Assembly (NCBI RefSeq): GCF_058153355.1
Contig: NZ_CM177019.1
Reading direction: 5' to 3' (one strand)
Length of the DNA stretch: 64,000 bases
Shown: piece after piece, positions 32,889-45,454 of the stretch
How positions within the stretch are numbered: position 1 is the first letter of the stretch
Layout of the letters: every line of letters begins with the position of its first letter
Program-made: the position numbers and the translations under genes
The notes under the pieces: model-generated
Told to the model about the DNA's origin: nothing
What the model saw: only the letters and a program-made list of their open reading frames with translations
The model's database searches: none

Positions 32889-33377
32889 ATGCTGGAAGAT
32901 CTGCGCGCCAACAGCTGGAGTTTACGCCCGTGCTGCATGGTTCTTGCCTATCGCGTTGCTCATTTTTGTTCGGTGTGGCGCAAAAAGAACGTCCTCAACA
33001 ATCTGTGGGCGGCCCCGCTGCTGGTGCTGTATCGCATTATCACCGAATGCTTTTTCGGTTATGAAATCCAGGCCGCCGCGACCATTGGCCGCCGCTTTAC
33101 TATCCATCACGGTTACGCCGTAGTGATCAATAAAAACGTGGTAGCGGGGGATGATTTCACCATTCGCCACGGCGTCACTATCGGCAATCGTGGTGCCGAT
33201 AACATGGCATGTCCACACATTGGCAACGGCGTCGAACTCGGAGCCAACGTCATTATTCTTGGTGATATCACGCTTGGTAACAACGTCACCGTGGGCGCGG
33301 GCAGCGTGGTGCTCGACTCTGTCCCGGACAACGCGCTGGTGGTGGGAGAAAAAGCGCGAGTGAAGGTAATTAAATGA
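32889..33377 (+). CDS. wcaB: Colanic acid acetyltransferase WcaB (hexapeptide-repeat family)
   Basis: 162-aa ORF with left-handed beta-helix hexapeptide repeats (IGNGVELGANVIILGDITLGNNVTVGAGSVV). Confidence 0.9.
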   Translation: MLEDLRANSWSLRPCCMVLAYRVAHFCSVWRKKNVLNNLWAAPLLVLYRIITECFFGYEIQAAATIGRRFTIHHGYAVVINKNVVAGDDFTIRHGVTIGNRGADNMACPHIGNGVELGANVIILGDITLGNNVTVGAGSVVLDSVPDNALVVGEKARVKVIK

Positions 33378-34591
33378 ATATTCTGCAATTTAATGTGCGA
33401 CTGGCGGAAGGCGGGGCAGCAGGTGTGGCGTTAGATCTCCACCAGCGTGCGCTGCAACAGGGGCTGGCGTCACATTTTATCTACGGCTACGGCAAAGGCG
33501 GCAAAGAGAGCGTCAGCCATCAGAACTATCCGCAGGTCATCAAACATACGCCGCGGATGACCGCAATGGCGAATATTGCCCTGTTTCGTCTGTTTAATCG
33601 CGATCTGTTTGGCAATTTCAATGAGTTATATCGCACCATTACTCGCACACCGGGTCCGGTGGTCCTGCATTTTCATGTGCTGCACAGCTACTGGCTAAAT
33701 CTTAAGAGCGTGGTGCGCTTTTGCGAAAAGGTGAAAAACCATAAACCGGACGTCACTCTGGTCTGGACGCTGCACGACCACTGGAGTGTAACCGGACGCT
33801 GTGCCTTTACCGACGGTTGCGAAGGCTGGAAAACGGGCTGCCAGAAATGCCCGACCTTAAATAACTATCCGCCGGTGAAGATTGATCGGGCGCACCAGCT
33901 GGTGGCGGGCAAACGCCTGTTATTTCGTGAGATGCTGGCGCTGGGCTGTCAGTTTATTTCCCCCAGCCAGCATGTGGCTGACGCTTTCAATAGCCTGTAC
34001 GGTCCAGGGCGTTGCCGGATTATCAATAACGGTATTGATATGGCAACCGAAGCGATTCTGGCGGATCTGCCTCCGGTGCGCGAAACTCAGGGCAAGCCGA
34101 AAATCGCGGTGGTGGCGCATGACCTGCGTTACGACGGTAAGACTAACCAGCAACTGGTGCGTGAGATGATGGCGCTGGGCGACAAAATTGAACTGCATAC
34201 CTTTGGTAAGTTCTCGCCGTTCACCGCTGGCAACGTGGTTAATCACGGCTTTGAAACTGACAAGCGCAAGTTGATGAGCGCGCTCAATCAGATGGATGCG
34301 CTGGTATTCAGTTCTCGCGTCGATAACTACCCGCTGATTTTGTGTGAGGCGTTATCAATTGGCGTGCCGGTGATTGCCACCCATAGCGACGCGGCACGGG
34401 AAGTGTTGCAAAAATCCGGCGGTAAAACCGTCAGCGAAGAAGACGTGCTGCAACTGGTGCAGTTAAGCAAACCGGAAATCGCGCAGGCGATATTTGGTAC
34501 CACGCTGGCTGAGTTCAGCCAACGCAGCCGCGCGGCCTACAGTGGACAACAGATGCTGGAGGAGTATGTCAACTTCTATCAGAATCTGTAG
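33374..34591 (+). CDS. wcaC: Colanic acid glycosyltransferase WcaC (GT4-like)
   Basis: 405-aa ORF overlapping the wcaB stop by 4 bp; position and size match wcaC. Confidence 0.88.
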   Translation: MNILQFNVRLAEGGAAGVALDLHQRALQQGLASHFIYGYGKGGKESVSHQNYPQVIKHTPRMTAMANIALFRLFNRDLFGNFNELYRTITRTPGPVVLHFHVLHSYWLNLKSVVRFCEKVKNHKPDVTLVWTLHDHWSVTGRCAFTDGCEGWKTGCQKCPTLNNYPPVKIDRAHQLVAGKRLLFREMLALGCQFISPSQHVADAFNSLYGPGRCRIINNGIDMATEAILADLPPVRETQGKPKIAVVAHDLRYDGKTNQQLVREMMALGDKIELHTFGKFSPFTAGNVVNHGFETDKRKLMSALNQMDALVFSSRVDNYPLILCEALSIGVPVIATHSDAAREVLQKSGGKTVSEEDVLQLVQLSKPEIAQAIFGTTLAEFSQRSRAAYSGQQMLEEYVNFYQNL

Positions 34592-35783
34592 CTACCTGTT
34601 GTTGCCGCTGATCTACCTGCTGGTTAACGTCAAAATCGCCCAGCTTGGCGAAAGTTTCCCCATCACCATCGTCACTTTTTTACCTGTCTTGTTACTGCTG
34701 TTTTTAGAGCGCATCAGCGTTAAAAAATTGATGATTGCCTTAGGGATTGGTGCGGGACTCACGGCGTTTAACTATCTGTTTGGTCAGTCGTTGGATGCCA
34801 GTAAATACGTCACTTCAACCATGCTGTTTGTCTATATTGTGATCATTATTGGCATGGTGTGGAGTATTCGCTTTAAAACGATTTCGCCACACAACCATCG
34901 CAAGATATTACGTTTCTTTTATCTGGTGGTCGGGTTGGTGGTGGCGCTGGCGGCGGTGGAGATGGCGCAAATTATCCTCACCGGCGGCAGCAGTATTATG
35001 GAGTCGATTTCCAAATATCTGATTTACAGCAACAGCTATGTACTGAATTTCATTAAATTCGGCGGCAAGCGCACGACAGCACTTTATTTCGAACCGGCAT
35101 TTTTCGCTCTGGCATTAATCTCAATTTGGCTCAGCATCAAACAGTTTGGTATCAAAACGCCTAAAACCGATGCTATGATTCTCGCAGGGATAATATTATC
35201 CGGATCGTTTTCAGGGGTTATGACCTTTATCCTGTTTTATTTGCTGGAGTGGGCATTTCAATATCTGAATAAAGAGGCGATTAAGAAAAAGTTACCGTTG
35301 GCATTGATTTCTCTGGCTGTATTCCTGGTTGGTGTGGTAATCGCGTTTCCTTATATTTCCACCCGTCTGGGCGATTTAGGTACGGAAGGATCGTCATCGT
35401 ATTATCGTATTGTCGGTCCGCTGGTGATGGTCGGTTATTCTTTGACCCATATTGACGGTGTAGTCAGATTTGGCTCACTTTATGAATATGTCGCATCATT
35501 CGGAATATTTAACGGTGCGGATGTCGGAAAAACCATAGACAATGGTTTGTATCTGCTGATTATTTATTTTTCCTGGTTCGCGGTGTTTTTATCGCTGTGG
35601 TACATGGGGAAAGTGATAAAAATGATGATCAACGCTTTTGGTGATAACCGCAATTTTCGCGTGCAATTATATCTTTTTACTCCGGTATCGCTGTTTTTTA
35701 CCGGTTCGATATTTAGCCCGGAATATGCATTTTTAATCGTCTGTCCGTTTATTTTGCGAAAAGCGTTAAATATTACGAGGTAA
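34566..35783 (+). CDS. wcaD: Colanic acid polymerase WcaD (Wzy-like integral membrane protein)
   Basis: Start at the internal ATG 34566 ([22 protein letters not shown]...), giving 405 aa; strongly hydrophobic multi-TM protein. Confidence 0.85.
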   Translation: MSTSIRICSYLLLPLIYLLVNVKIAQLGESFPITIVTFLPVLLLLFLERISVKKLMIALGIGAGLTAFNYLFGQSLDASKYVTSTMLFVYIVIIIGMVWSIRFKTISPHNHRKILRFFYLVVGLVVALAAVEMAQIILTGGSSIMESISKYLIYSNSYVLNFIKFGGKRTTALYFEPAFFALALISIWLSIKQFGIKTPKTDAMILAGIILSGSFSGVMTFILFYLLEWAFQYLNKEAIKKKLPLALISLAVFLVGVVIAFPYISTRLGDLGTEGSSSYYRIVGPLVMVGYSLTHIDGVVRFGSLYEYVASFGIFNGADVGKTIDNGLYLLIIYFSWFAVFLSLWYMGKVIKMMINAFGDNRNFRVQLYLFTPVSLFFTGSIFSPEYAFLIVCPFILRKALNITR

Positions 35784-35793
35784 GAATAAGAAC

Positions 35794-36540
35794 ATGTTGC
35801 TTAGCATAATCACTGTCGCGTTTCGTAACCTCGAAGGGATAGTCAAAACACATGCCTCGCTGGCGCATCTGGCGCAGGCGGACGATATCAGCTTCGAATG
35901 GATTGTTGTCGATGGCGGTTCCAACGACGGTACCCGTGAGTATCTGGAAAATCTCAATGGTATCTATAACCTACGCTTTGTCAGCGAGCCAGATAACGGT
36001 ATCTACGACGCCATGAACAAGGGCATTGCGATGGCACAAGGCAAGTTCGCGTTGTTTCTCAACTCGGGCGATATTTTTCATCAGGATGCCGCAAATTTTG
36101 TCCGTAAGTTAAAAATGCAAAAAGATAACATGATGATCACCGGCGATGCGCTGCTGGATTTTGGCGACGGGCATAAAATTAAGCGTAGTGCTAAACCGGG
36201 CTGGTATATTTATCACAGCCTGCCCGCCAGTCATCAGGCGATATTTTTCCCGGTATCCGGTTTGAAAAAATGGCGTTATGACCTGGAATATAAAGTTTCT
36301 TCTGATTACGCGCTGGCAGCTAAAATGTATAAAGCAGGTTATGCATTTAAAAAACTCAATGGCCTGGTGTCTGAATTTTCCATGGGTGGGGTATCAACCA
36401 CCAATAATATGGAATTGTGTGCTGACGCGAAAAAAGTCCAACGGCAGATATTACATGTGCCTGGCTTCTGGGCAGAATTATCCTGGCATTTACGCCAGCG
36501 TACTACCTCAAAGACGAAAGCCTTATATAACAAAAGCTGA
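35794..36540 (+). CDS. wcaE: Colanic acid glycosyltransferase WcaE (GT2)
   Basis: 248-aa ORF; GT2 N-terminus [10 protein letters not shown]...[10 protein letters not shown]. Confidence 0.88.
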   Translation: MLLSIITVAFRNLEGIVKTHASLAHLAQADDISFEWIVVDGGSNDGTREYLENLNGIYNLRFVSEPDNGIYDAMNKGIAMAQGKFALFLNSGDIFHQDAANFVRKLKMQKDNMMITGDALLDFGDGHKIKRSAKPGWYIYHSLPASHQAIFFPVSGLKKWRYDLEYKVSSDYALAAKMYKAGYAFKKLNGLVSEFSMGGVSTTNNMELCADAKKVQRQILHVPGFWAELSWHLRQRTTSKTKALYNKS

Positions 36541-36555
36541 ATATAAGGGAAAACG

Positions 36556-37104
36556 ATGCAGGATTTAAGTGGATTCTCGGTGCCGAAAGGGTTCCGGGGT
36601 GGCAACGCTATTAAAGTGCAATTGTGGTGGGCAGTACAGGCAACATTATTTGCCTGGTCGCCACAAGTATTGTATCGCTGGCGGGCATTTTTATTACGTT
36701 TATTCGGCGCAAAAATAGGAAAAAACGTAGTTATTCGTCCGTCAGTAAAAATTACCTATCCGTGGAAATTAACCTTAGGTGATTACGCGTGGGTCGGCGA
36801 TGAGGTCAATTTATATACCCTCGGTGAAATAACCATTGGCGCACATTCGGTGATATCGCAAAAAAGTTATTTATGCACCGGGAGCCACGACCATGCAAGT
36901 CAACATTTCACCATTAACGCCACGCCTATTGTGATTGGCGAGAAATGCTGGCTGGCGACAGATGTTTTTGTTGCCCCTGGCGTCACGATCGGCGACGGCA
37001 CCGTCGTGGGGGCGCGAAGCAGTGTTTTTAAATCGCTTCCGGCAAATGTGGTTTGCCGGGGGAATCCCGCAGTGGTGATACGCGAACGCGTTGAAACTGA
37101 ATAA
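36556..37104 (+). CDS. wcaF: Colanic acid acetyltransferase WcaF (hexapeptide-repeat family)
   Basis: 182-aa ORF with hexapeptide repeats (IGDGTVVGARSSV). Confidence 0.9.
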   Translation: MQDLSGFSVPKGFRGGNAIKVQLWWAVQATLFAWSPQVLYRWRAFLLRLFGAKIGKNVVIRPSVKITYPWKLTLGDYAWVGDEVNLYTLGEITIGAHSVISQKSYLCTGSHDHASQHFTINATPIVIGEKCWLATDVFVAPGVTIGDGTVVGARSSVFKSLPANVVCRGNPAVVIRERVETE

Positions 37105-37130
37105 ATTCAAAAAATACAGAGGAATAAGAC

Positions 37131-38252
37131 ATGTCAAAAGTCGCTCTCATCACCGGTGTAACCGGACAAGACGGTTCTTACCTGGCAGAGTTTCTGCTGG
37201 AAAAAGGTTACGAGGTACATGGTATTAAGCGTCGTGCATCGTCATTCAACACCGAGCGCGTGGATCACATTTATCAGGATCCGCACACCTGCAACCCGAA
37301 ATTCCATCTGCATTATGGCGACCTGAGTGATACCTCCAACCTGACGCGCATTTTGCGTGAAGTGCAGCCGGATGAAGTGTACAACCTGGGCGCAATGAGC
37401 CACGTTGCGGTTTCTTTTGAGTCACCGGAATATACCGCAGACGTCGATGCGATGGGTACGCTACGCCTGCTCGAGGCGATCCGCTTCCTCGGTCTGGAAA
37501 AGAAAACCCGTTTCTATCAGGCTTCCACTTCTGAACTGTACGGTCTGGTGCAGGAAATTCCGCAGAAAGAAACCACGCCGTTCTACCCGCGATCTCCGTA
37601 TGCGGTCGCCAAACTGTACGCCTACTGGATCACCGTTAACTACCGCGAATCCTACGGCATGTACGCCTGTAACGGTATTCTCTTCAACCATGAATCCCCG
37701 CGCCGCGGCGAAACCTTCGTTACCCGCAAAATCACCCGCGCAATCGCCAATATCGCCCAGGGGCTGGAGTCGTGCCTGTACCTCGGCAATATGGATTCCC
37801 TGCGTGACTGGGGCCATGCCAAAGACTACGTAAAAATGCAGTGGATGATGCTGCAACAGGAACAGCCAGAAGATTTCGTTATCGCGACCGGCGTTCAGTA
37901 CTCCGTACGTCAGTTCGTGGAAATGGCGGCAGCACAGCTGGGCATCAAACTGCGCTTTGAAGGCACGGGCGTTGAAGAGAAGGGCATTGTGGTTTCCGTC
38001 ACCGGGCATGACGCGCCGGGCGTTAAACCGGGTGATGTGATTATCGCCGTTGACCCGCGTTACTTCCGTCCGGCAGAAGTTGAAACACTGCTCGGCGACC
38101 CGACCAAAGCGCACGAAAAACTGGGCTGGAAACCGGAAATCACCCTCAGAGAGATGGTGTCTGAAATGGTGGCTAATGACCTCGAAGCGGCGAAAAAACA
38201 CTCTCTGCTGAAATCTCACGGCTACGACGTGGCGATCGCGCTGGAGTCATAA
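37131..38252 (+). CDS. gmd: GDP-mannose 4,6-dehydratase
   Basis: 373-aa ORF; Rossmann motif [10 protein letters not shown]; SDR-type catalytic residues; highly conserved enzyme. Confidence 0.95.
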
Positions 38253-38254
38253 GC

Positions 38255-39220
38255 ATGAGTAGACAACGCATTTTTATCGCTGGCCATCGCGGGATGGTCG
38301 GTTCTGCCATCAGGCGGCAGCTCGAACAGCGCGGTGATGTGGAACTGGTATTACGCACCCGCGACGAGCTGAACCTGCTGGACAGCCGCGCCGTGCATGA
38401 TTTCTTTGCCAGCGAACGTATTGACCAGGTCTATCTGGCGGCGGCGAAAGTGGGCGGCATTGTTGCCAACAACACCTATCCGGCGGATTTCATCTACCAG
38501 AACATGATGATTGAGAGCAACATCATTCACGCCGCGCATCAGAACGACGTGAACAAACTGCTGTTTCTCGGATCGTCCTGCATCTACCCGAAACTGGCAA
38601 AACAGCCGATGGCAGAAAGCGAGCTGTTGCAGGGTACGCTGGAGCCGACCAACGAGCCTTATGCCATTGCCAAAATCGCCGGGATCAAACTGTGCGAATC
38701 TTACAACCGCCAGTATGGACGCGATTACCGCTCTGTCATGCCGACCAACCTGTACGGGCCGCACGACAATTTCCACCCGAGTAATTCGCATGTGATCCCA
38801 GCATTGCTGCGTCGCTTCCACGAGGCGACGGCACAGAATGCGCCGGACGTGGTGGTGTGGGGCAGCGGTACACCGATGCGCGAATTTCTGCACGTCGATG
38901 ATATGGCGGCGGCAAGCATTCATGTGATGGAGCTGGCGCACGAAGTCTGGCTGGAGAACACCCAGCCGATGCTGTCGCACATTAACGTCGGCACCGGCGT
39001 TGACTGCACTATCCGCGAGCTGGCGCAAACCATCGCCAAAGTGGTGGGTTACAAAGGTCGGGTGGTTTTTGATGCCAGCAAACCGGATGGTACGCCGCGC
39101 AAACTGCTGGATGTGACGCGCCTGCATCAGCTTGGCTGGTATCACGAAATCTCACTGGAAGCGGGGCTTGCCAGCACTTACCAGTGGTTCCTTGAGAATC
39201 AAGACCGCTTTCGGGGGTAA
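38255..39220 (+). CDS. fcl: GDP-L-fucose synthase (GDP-4-keto-6-deoxymannose epimerase/reductase)
   Basis: 321-aa ORF; N-terminal [12 protein letters not shown](P)-binding motif; follows gmd. Confidence 0.95.
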   Translation: MSRQRIFIAGHRGMVGSAIRRQLEQRGDVELVLRTRDELNLLDSRAVHDFFASERIDQVYLAAAKVGGIVANNTYPADFIYQNMMIESNIIHAAHQNDVNKLLFLGSSCIYPKLAKQPMAESELLQGTLEPTNEPYAIAKIAGIKLCESYNRQYGRDYRSVMPTNLYGPHDNFHPSNSHVIPALLRRFHEATAQNAPDVVVWGSGTPMREFLHVDDMAAASIHVMELAHEVWLENTQPMLSHINVGTGVDCTIRELAQTIAKVVGYKGRVVFDASKPDGTPRKLLDVTRLHQLGWYHEISLEAGLASTYQWFLENQDRFRG

Positions 39221-39222
39221 TG

Positions 39223-39702
39223 ATGTTTTTACGTCTGGAAGACTTTGCCACGGTAGTGCGCTCCACCCCGCTTGTCTCTCTCGACTTTATTGTCGAGAAC
39301 AGTCGCGGCGAGTTTCTGCTTGGCAAAAGAACCAACCGCCCGGCGCAGGGTTACTGGTTTGTGCCGGGAGGGCGCGTGCAGAAAGACGAAACGCTGGAAG
39401 CCGCATTTGAGCGGCTGACGATGGCGGAACTGGGGCTGCGTCTGCCGATAACAGCAGGCCAGTTTTACGGTGTCTGGCAGCACTTTTATGACGATAACTT
39501 CTCCGGCACGGATTTCACCACTCACTATGTGGTGCTCGGTTTTCGCTTCAGAGTAGCGGAAGAAGAGCTGTTACTGCCGGATGAGCAGCATGACGATTAC
39601 CGCTGGCTGACGCCGGACGCGCTGCTCGCCAGTAACGATGTTCACGCTAACAGCCGCGCCTATTTTCTCGCTGAGAAGCGTGCCGGAGTACCCGGATTAT
39701 GA
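39223..39702 (+). CDS. gmm: GDP-mannose mannosyl hydrolase (Nudix)
   Basis: 159-aa form starting at the second ATG (39223); an ATG at 39220 overlaps the fcl stop and would give 160 aa. Nudix-fold protein in the GDP-fucose block. Confidence 0.85.
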   Translation: MFLRLEDFATVVRSTPLVSLDFIVENSRGEFLLGKRTNRPAQGYWFVPGGRVQKDETLEAAFERLTMAELGLRLPITAGQFYGVWQHFYDDNFSGTDFTTHYVVLGFRFRVAEEELLLPDEQHDDYRWLTPDALLASNDVHANSRAYFLAEKRAGVPGL

Positions 39703-40922
39703 AAATACTGGTCTACGGCATTAACTACTCGCCGGAGTTAACCGGCATCGGCAAATACACCGGCGAGATGGTGGAATGGCTGGCGGCACAAGGTCATGAG
39801 GTGCGGGTCATTACCGCACCGCCTTACTACCCGCAATGGCAGGTGGGTGAGAACTATTCCGCCTGGCGCTACAAACGAGAAGAGGGGGCCGCCACGGTGT
39901 GGCGCTGCCCGCTGTACGTGCCAAAACAGCCGAGCACCCTGAAACGCTTGTTGCATCTCGGCAGTTTTGCCGTCAGCAGTTTCTTTCCACTGATGGCGCA
40001 ACGTCGCTGGAAGCCGGATCGCATTATCGGCGTAGTGCCAACGCTGTTTTGCACGCCGGGAATGCGCCTGCTGGCGAAGCTCTCTGGTGCGCGTACCGTG
40101 CTGCATATTCAGGATTACGAAGTGGACGCCATGCTGGGGCTGGGCCTTGCCGGAAAAGGCAAAGGCGGCAAAGTGGCACAGCTGGCAACGGCGTTCGAAC
40201 GTAGCGGACTGCATAACGTCGATAACGTCTCCACGATTTCGCGTTCGATGATGAATAAAGCCATCGAAAAAGGCGTGGCGGCGGAAAACGTCATCTTCTT
40301 CCCCAACTGGTCGGAAATTGCCCGTTTTCAGCATGTTGCAGATGCCGATGTTGACGCCCTTCGTAACCAGCTTGACCTGCCGGATAACAAAAAAATCATT
40401 CTTTACTCCGGCAATATTGGTGAAAAGCAGGGGCTGGAAAACGTTATTGAAGCTGCCGATCGTCTGCGCGATGAACCGCTGATTTTTGCCATTGTCGGGC
40501 AGGGCGGCGGCAAAGCGCGGCTGGAAAAAATGGCGCAGCAGCGTGGACTGCGCAACATGCAATTTTTCCCGCTGCAATCGTATGACGCGTTACCCGCACT
40601 GCTGAAGATGGGCGATTGCCATCTGGTGGTGCAAAAACGCGGCGCGGCAGATGCCGTATTGCCGTCGAAACTGACCAATATTCTGGCGGTAGGCGGTAAC
40701 GCGGTGATTACCGCAGAGGCCCACACAGAACTGGGGCAGCTTTGCGAAACCTTTCCGGGCATTGCGGTTTGCGTAGAACCGGAATCGGTCGAGGCGCTGG
40801 TGGCGGGGATCCGTCAGGCGCTCCTGCTGCCCAAACACAACACGGTGGCACGTGAATATGCCGAACGCACACTCGATAAAGAGAACGTGTTACGTCAATT
40901 TATAAATGATATTCGGGGATAA
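39699..40922 (+). CDS. wcaI: Colanic acid glycosyltransferase WcaI (GT4)
   Basis: 407-aa ORF overlapping the gmm stop by 4 bp; GT-B fold features. Confidence 0.9.
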   Translation: MKILVYGINYSPELTGIGKYTGEMVEWLAAQGHEVRVITAPPYYPQWQVGENYSAWRYKREEGAATVWRCPLYVPKQPSTLKRLLHLGSFAVSSFFPLMAQRRWKPDRIIGVVPTLFCTPGMRLLAKLSGARTVLHIQDYEVDAMLGLGLAGKGKGGKVAQLATAFERSGLHNVDNVSTISRSMMNKAIEKGVAAENVIFFPNWSEIARFQHVADADVDALRNQLDLPDNKKIILYSGNIGEKQGLENVIEAADRLRDEPLIFAIVGQGGGKARLEKMAQQRGLRNMQFFPLQSYDALPALLKMGDCHLVVQKRGAADAVLPSKLTNILAVGGNAVITAEAHTELGQLCETFPGIAVCVEPESVEALVAGIRQALLLPKHNTVAREYAERTLDKENVLRQFINDIRG

Positions 40923-40924
40923 TT

Positions 40925-42361
40925 ATGGCGCAGTCGAAACTCTATCCAGTTGTGATGGCAGGTGGCTCCGGTAGCCGCTTATGGCCGCTTTCCCGCGTAC
41001 TTTACCCCAAGCAGTTTTTATGCCTGAAAGGCGATCTCACCATGCTGCAAACCACCATCTGCCGCCTGAACGGCGTGGAGTGCGAAAGCCCGGTGGTGAT
41101 TTGCAATGAGCAGCACCGCTTTATTGTCGCGGAACAGCTGCGTCAACTGAACAAACTCACCGAGAACATTATTCTCGAACCGGCAGGGCGTAACACTGCA
41201 CCTGCCATTGCACTGGCGGCGCTGGCGGCAAAACGTCATAGCCCGGAGAGCGACCCGTTAATGCTGGTGCTGGCGGCGGATCATGTGATTGCCGATGAAG
41301 ACGCGTTCCGTGCCGCCGTGCGTAATGCCATGCCATATGCCGAAGCGGGCAAGCTGGTGACCTTTGGCATTGTGCCGGATCTACCAGAAACCGGTTATGG
41401 CTATATTCGTCGCGGTGAAGTGTCTGCGGGTGAGCAGGATACGGTGGCCTTTGAAGTGGCGCAGTTTGTCGAAAAACCGAATCTGGAAACCGCCCAGGCC
41501 TATGTGGCAAGTGGCGAATATTACTGGAACAGCGGCATGTTCCTGTTCCGCGCCGGACGCTATCTCGAAGAACTGAAAAAATATCGCCCGGATATTCTCG
41601 ATGCCTGTGAAAAAGCGATGAGCGCCGTCGATCCGGATCTTGATTTTATTCGTGTGGATGAAGAAGCGTTTCTCGCCTGCCCGGAAGAGTCGGTGGATTA
41701 CGCGGTCATGGAACGTACGGCAGATGCCGTTGTGGTACCGATGGATGCGGGCTGGAGCGATGTCGGCTCCTGGTCCTCATTATGGGAAATTAGCGCCCAC
41801 ACCGCCGAGGGCAACGTTTGCCACGGTGATGTGATTAATCACAAAACCGAAAACAGCTATGTGTATGCCGAATCTGGCCTGGTCACCACCGTCGGGGTGA
41901 AAGATCTGGTGGTGGTGCAGACCAAAGATGCGGTGCTGATTGCCGACCGTAACGCGGTACAGGATGTGAAAAAAGTAGTCGAGCAGATCAAAGCCGATGG
42001 TCGCCATGAGCATCGGGTACATCGCGAAGTCTATCGCCCGTGGGGCAAATATGACTCTATCGACGCGGGCGACCGCTACCAGGTGAAACGCATCACCGTG
42101 AAACCGGGCGAAGGCTTGTCGGTACAGATGCACCATCACCGCGCGGAACACTGGGTGGTGGTCGCGGGAACGGCAAAAGTCACTATTGACGGTGATATCA
42201 AACTGCTTGGTGAAAACGAGTCCATTTATATTCCGCTGGGGGCGACGCACTGCCTGGAAAACCCGGGGAAAATTCCGCTCGATTTAATTGAAGTGCGCTC
42301 CGGCTCTTATCTCGAAGAGGATGATGTGGTGCGCTTCGCGGATCGCTACGGACGGGTGTAA
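40925..42361 (+). CDS. cpsB: Mannose-1-phosphate guanylyltransferase (ManC)
   Basis: 478-aa ORF; N-terminal nucleotidyltransferase motif [12 protein letters not shown]; C-terminal cupin domain. Confidence 0.93.
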   Translation: MAQSKLYPVVMAGGSGSRLWPLSRVLYPKQFLCLKGDLTMLQTTICRLNGVECESPVVICNEQHRFIVAEQLRQLNKLTENIILEPAGRNTAPAIALAALAAKRHSPESDPLMLVLAADHVIADEDAFRAAVRNAMPYAEAGKLVTFGIVPDLPETGYGYIRRGEVSAGEQDTVAFEVAQFVEKPNLETAQAYVASGEYYWNSGMFLFRAGRYLEELKKYRPDILDACEKAMSAVDPDLDFIRVDEEAFLACPEESVDYAVMERTADAVVVPMDAGWSDVGSWSSLWEISAHTAEGNVCHGDVINHKTENSYVYAESGLVTTVGVKDLVVVQTKDAVLIADRNAVQDVKKVVEQIKADGRHEHRVHREVYRPWGKYDSIDAGDRYQVKRITVKPGEGLSVQMHHHRAEHWVVVAGTAKVTIDGDIKLLGENESIYIPLGATHCLENPGKIPLDLIEVRSGSYLEEDDVVRFADRYGRV

Positions 42362-42470
<109 letters not shown>

Positions 42471-42553
42471 GCGAAACCGCGGTGTAAATAACGACAAAAA
42501 TAAAATTGGCCGCTTCGGTCAGGGCCAACTATTGCCTGAAAAAGGGTAACGAC

Positions 42554-43924
42554 ATGAAAAAATTAACCTGCTTTAAAGCCTATGATATTCGCGGGAAATT
42601 AGGCGAAGAACTGAATGAAGATATTGCCTGGCGTATTGGGCGTGCCTATGGCCAATTTCTCAAACCGAAAACCATTGTGTTAGGCGGTGATGTCCGCCTC
42701 ACCAGCGAAACCTTAAAACTGGCGCTGGCAAAAGGTTTACAGGATGCGGGCGTTGACGTGCTGGATATCGGTATGTCCGGCACCGAAGAGATCTATTTCG
42801 CCACGTTCCATCTCGGCGTGGATGGCGGCATTGAAGTTACTGCCAGCCATAATCCGATGGATTACAACGGCATGAAGCTGGTGCGCGAGGGGGCTCGCCC
42901 GATCAGCGGTGATACCGGACTGCGCGACGTCCAGCGTCTAGCTGAAGCCAACGACTTTCCTCCCGTCGATGAAACCAAACGCGGTCGCTATCAGCAAATC
43001 AACCTGCGTGACGCTTACGTTGATCACCTGTTCGGTTATATCAACGTCAAAAACCTCACGCCGCTCAAGCTGGTGATCAACTCCGGGAACGGCGCAGCGG
43101 GTCCAGTAGTGGACGCCATTGAAGCCCGCTTTAAAGCCCTCGGCGCGCCCGTGGAATTAATCAAAGTACACAACACACCGGACGGCAATTTCCCCAACGG
43201 TATTCCTAACCCGCTGCTGCCTGAATGCCGCGACGACACCCGCAATGCGGTCATCAAACACGGCGCGGATATGGGCATTGCTTTTGATGGCGATTTTGAC
43301 CGCTGTTTCCTGTTTGACGAAAAAGGGCAGTTTATCGAGGGCTACTACATTGTCGGTCTGCTGGCAGAAGCATTCCTCGAAAAAAATCCCGGCGCGAAGA
43401 TCATCCACGATCCGCGTCTTTCCTGGAACACCGTTGATGTGGTGACTGCCGCAGGCGGCACGCCGGTGATGTCGAAAACCGGACACGCCTTTATTAAAGA
43501 ACGTATGCGCAAGGAAGACGCCATCTACGGTGGCGAAATGAGCGCCCACCACTATTTCCGTGATTTTGCTTACTGCGATAGCGGCATGATCCCGTGGCTG
43601 CTGGTCGCTGAACTGGTATGCCTGAAAGGAAAAACGCTGGGCGAACTGGTGCGTGACCGCATGGCAGCGTTTCCGGCAAGCGGTGAGATCAACAGCAAAC
43701 TGGCGCAACCCGTTGAGGCGATTAACCGCGTCGAACAGCATTTTAGCCGCGAGGCGCTGGCGGTGGATCGTACTGATGGCATCAGCATGACCTTTGCCGA
43801 CTGGCGCTTTAACCTGCGCTCTTCCAACACCGAACCGGTCGTACGCCTGAATGTGGAATCGCGCGGTGATGTGCCGCTGATGGAAGCGCGAACGCGAACT
43901 CTGCTGACGTTGCTGAACGAGTAA
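42554..43924 (+). CDS. cpsG: Phosphomannomutase (ManB)
   Basis: Start at the internal ATG ([20 protein letters not shown]...), giving 456 aa; phosphoserine active-site motif TASHNP. Confidence 0.93.
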   Translation: MKKLTCFKAYDIRGKLGEELNEDIAWRIGRAYGQFLKPKTIVLGGDVRLTSETLKLALAKGLQDAGVDVLDIGMSGTEEIYFATFHLGVDGGIEVTASHNPMDYNGMKLVREGARPISGDTGLRDVQRLAEANDFPPVDETKRGRYQQINLRDAYVDHLFGYINVKNLTPLKLVINSGNGAAGPVVDAIEARFKALGAPVELIKVHNTPDGNFPNGIPNPLLPECRDDTRNAVIKHGADMGIAFDGDFDRCFLFDEKGQFIEGYYIVGLLAEAFLEKNPGAKIIHDPRLSWNTVDVVTAAGGTPVMSKTGHAFIKERMRKEDAIYGGEMSAHHYFRDFAYCDSGMIPWLLVAELVCLKGKTLGELVRDRMAAFPASGEINSKLAQPVEAINRVEQHFSREALAVDRTDGISMTFADWRFNLRSSNTEPVVRLNVESRGDVPLMEARTRTLLTLLNE

Positions 43925-44045
43925 TGTCATTACTTTCCCCCTCACCCTGACGCTCTACTGCCTGCGGAGAGAAGTGAGCACGGAACTTTATTCTCCCCCT
44001 CGCCCCTTTGGGGAGAGGGCCGGGGTGAGGGGCGAGGCGACAATA
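43925..44045. repeat. GC-rich composite palindromic intergenic element (not a canonical REP)
   Basis: CCCCCTCACCC (near 43937) pairs with GGGTGAGGGG (near 44020); inner inverted repeats CTCCCC/GGGGAG and CTCGCCCC/GGGGCGAG. Resembles a recurrent small E. coli intergenic repeat; family name not assigned. Confidence 0.5.
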
Positions 44046-44059
44046 GAACAGGAACAACG

Positions 44060-45454
44060 ATGACAAATCTAAAAAAGCGCGAGCGAGCGAAAACCAATGC
44101 ATCGTTAATCTCTATGGTGCAACGCTTTTCAGATATCACCATCATGTTTGCCGGACTATGGCTGGTTTGCGAAGTGAGCGGACTGTCATTCCTCTACATG
44201 CACCTGTTGGTGGCACTGATTACGCTGGTGGTGTTCCAGATGTTGGGCGGCATCACCGATTTTTATTGCTCATGGCGCGGTGTTCGGGCAGCGACAGAAT
44301 TTGCCCTGCTGCTACAAAACTGGACCTTAAGCGTGATTTTCAGCGCCGGACTGGTGGCGTTCAACAATGATTTCGACACGCAACTGAAAATCTGGCTGGC
44401 GTGGTATGCGCTGACCAGTATCGGACTGGTGGTTTGCCGTTCGTGTATTCGTATTGGGGCGGGCTGGCTGCGTAATCATGGCTATAACAAGCGTATGGTC
44501 GCGGTGGCGGGGGATTTAGCCGCCGGGCAAATGCTGATGGAGAGCTTCCGTAACCAGCCGTGGTTAGGGTTTGAAGTGGTGGGCGTTTACCACGACCCGA
44601 AACCGGGCGGCGTTTCTAACGACTGGGCGGGTAACCTGCAACAGCTGGTCGAGGATGCTAAAGCAGGCAAGATTCATAACGTCTATATCGCGATGCAAAT
44701 GTGCGACGGCGCGCGAGTGAAAAAACTGGTCCATCAACTGGCGGACACCACCTGTTCGGTGCTGCTGATCCCCGATGTCTTTACCTTCAACATTCTCCAT
44801 TCACGTCTTGAAGAGATGAACGGCGTTCCGGTGGTGCCGCTTTACGACACGCCGCTTTCCGGGGTTAACCGCCTGCTCAAACGTGCGGAAGATATTGTGC
44901 TGGCGACGCTGATCTTGCTGCTGATCTCCCCTGTGCTGTGCTGCATTGCGCTGGCGGTGAAACTGAGCTCACCGGGGCCGGTTATTTTCCGCCAGACTCG
45001 CTACGGCATGGATGGCAAACCGATCAAAGTATGGAAGTTCCGTTCCATGAAAGTGATGGAGAACGACAAAGTGGTGACCCAGGCGACGCAGAACGATCCG
45101 CGCGTTACTAAAGTGGGGAACTTTCTGCGCCGCACCTCGCTGGACGAATTGCCGCAATTTATCAATGTACTGACCGGGGGGATGTCGATTGTGGGGCCAC
45201 GTCCGCACGCGGTGGCGCATAACGAACAGTATCGCCAGCTCATTGAAGGCTACATGCTGCGCCATAAAGTGAAACCGGGCATTACCGGCTGGGCGCAGAT
45301 TAACGGCTGGCGCGGCGAAACCGACACGCTGGAGAAAATGGAAAAACGCGTCGAGTTCGACCTTGAGTACATCCGCGAATGGAGCGTCTGGTTCGATATC
45401 AAAATCGTTTTCCTGACGGTATTCAAGGGCTTCGTTAACAAAGCGGCATATTGA
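44060..45454 (+). CDS. wcaJ: UDP-glucose:undecaprenyl-phosphate glucose-1-phosphate transferase WcaJ (initiating transferase)
   Basis: 464-aa ORF; N-terminal TM helices; C-terminal bacterial sugar-transferase domain with the conserved IVGPRPH motif. Confidence 0.92.
   Translation: MTNLKKRERAKTNASLISMVQRFSDITIMFAGLWLVCEVSGLSFLYMHLLVALITLVVFQMLGGITDFYCSWRGVRAATEFALLLQNWTLSVIFSAGLVAFNNDFDTQLKIWLAWYALTSIGLVVCRSCIRIGAGWLRNHGYNKRMVAVAGDLAAGQMLMESFRNQPWLGFEVVGVYHDPKPGGVSNDWAGNLQQLVEDAKAGKIHNVYIAMQMCDGARVKKLVHQLADTTCSVLLIPDVFTFNILHSRLEEMNGVPVVPLYDTPLSGVNRLLKRAEDIVLATLILLLISPVLCCIALAVKLSSPGPVIFRQTRYGMDGKPIKVWKFRSMKVMENDKVVTQATQNDPRVTKVGNFLRRTSLDELPQFINVLTGGMSIVGPRPHAVAHNEQYRQLIEGYMLRHKVKPGITGWAQINGWRGETDTLEKMEKRVEFDLEYIREWSVWFDIKIVFLTVFKGFVNKAAY

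Noticed and set aside
37461-40577. Long minus-strand ORFs inside gmd (252 aa), fcl (264 aa) and wcaI (279 aa)
   Set aside because: All are antisense to highly conserved plus-strand genes and lack family motifs; shadow ORFs.
43157-43945. 262-aa minus-strand ORF inside cpsG
   Set aside because: Antisense to phosphomannomutase, which carries a clear TASHNP active site; no independent support.
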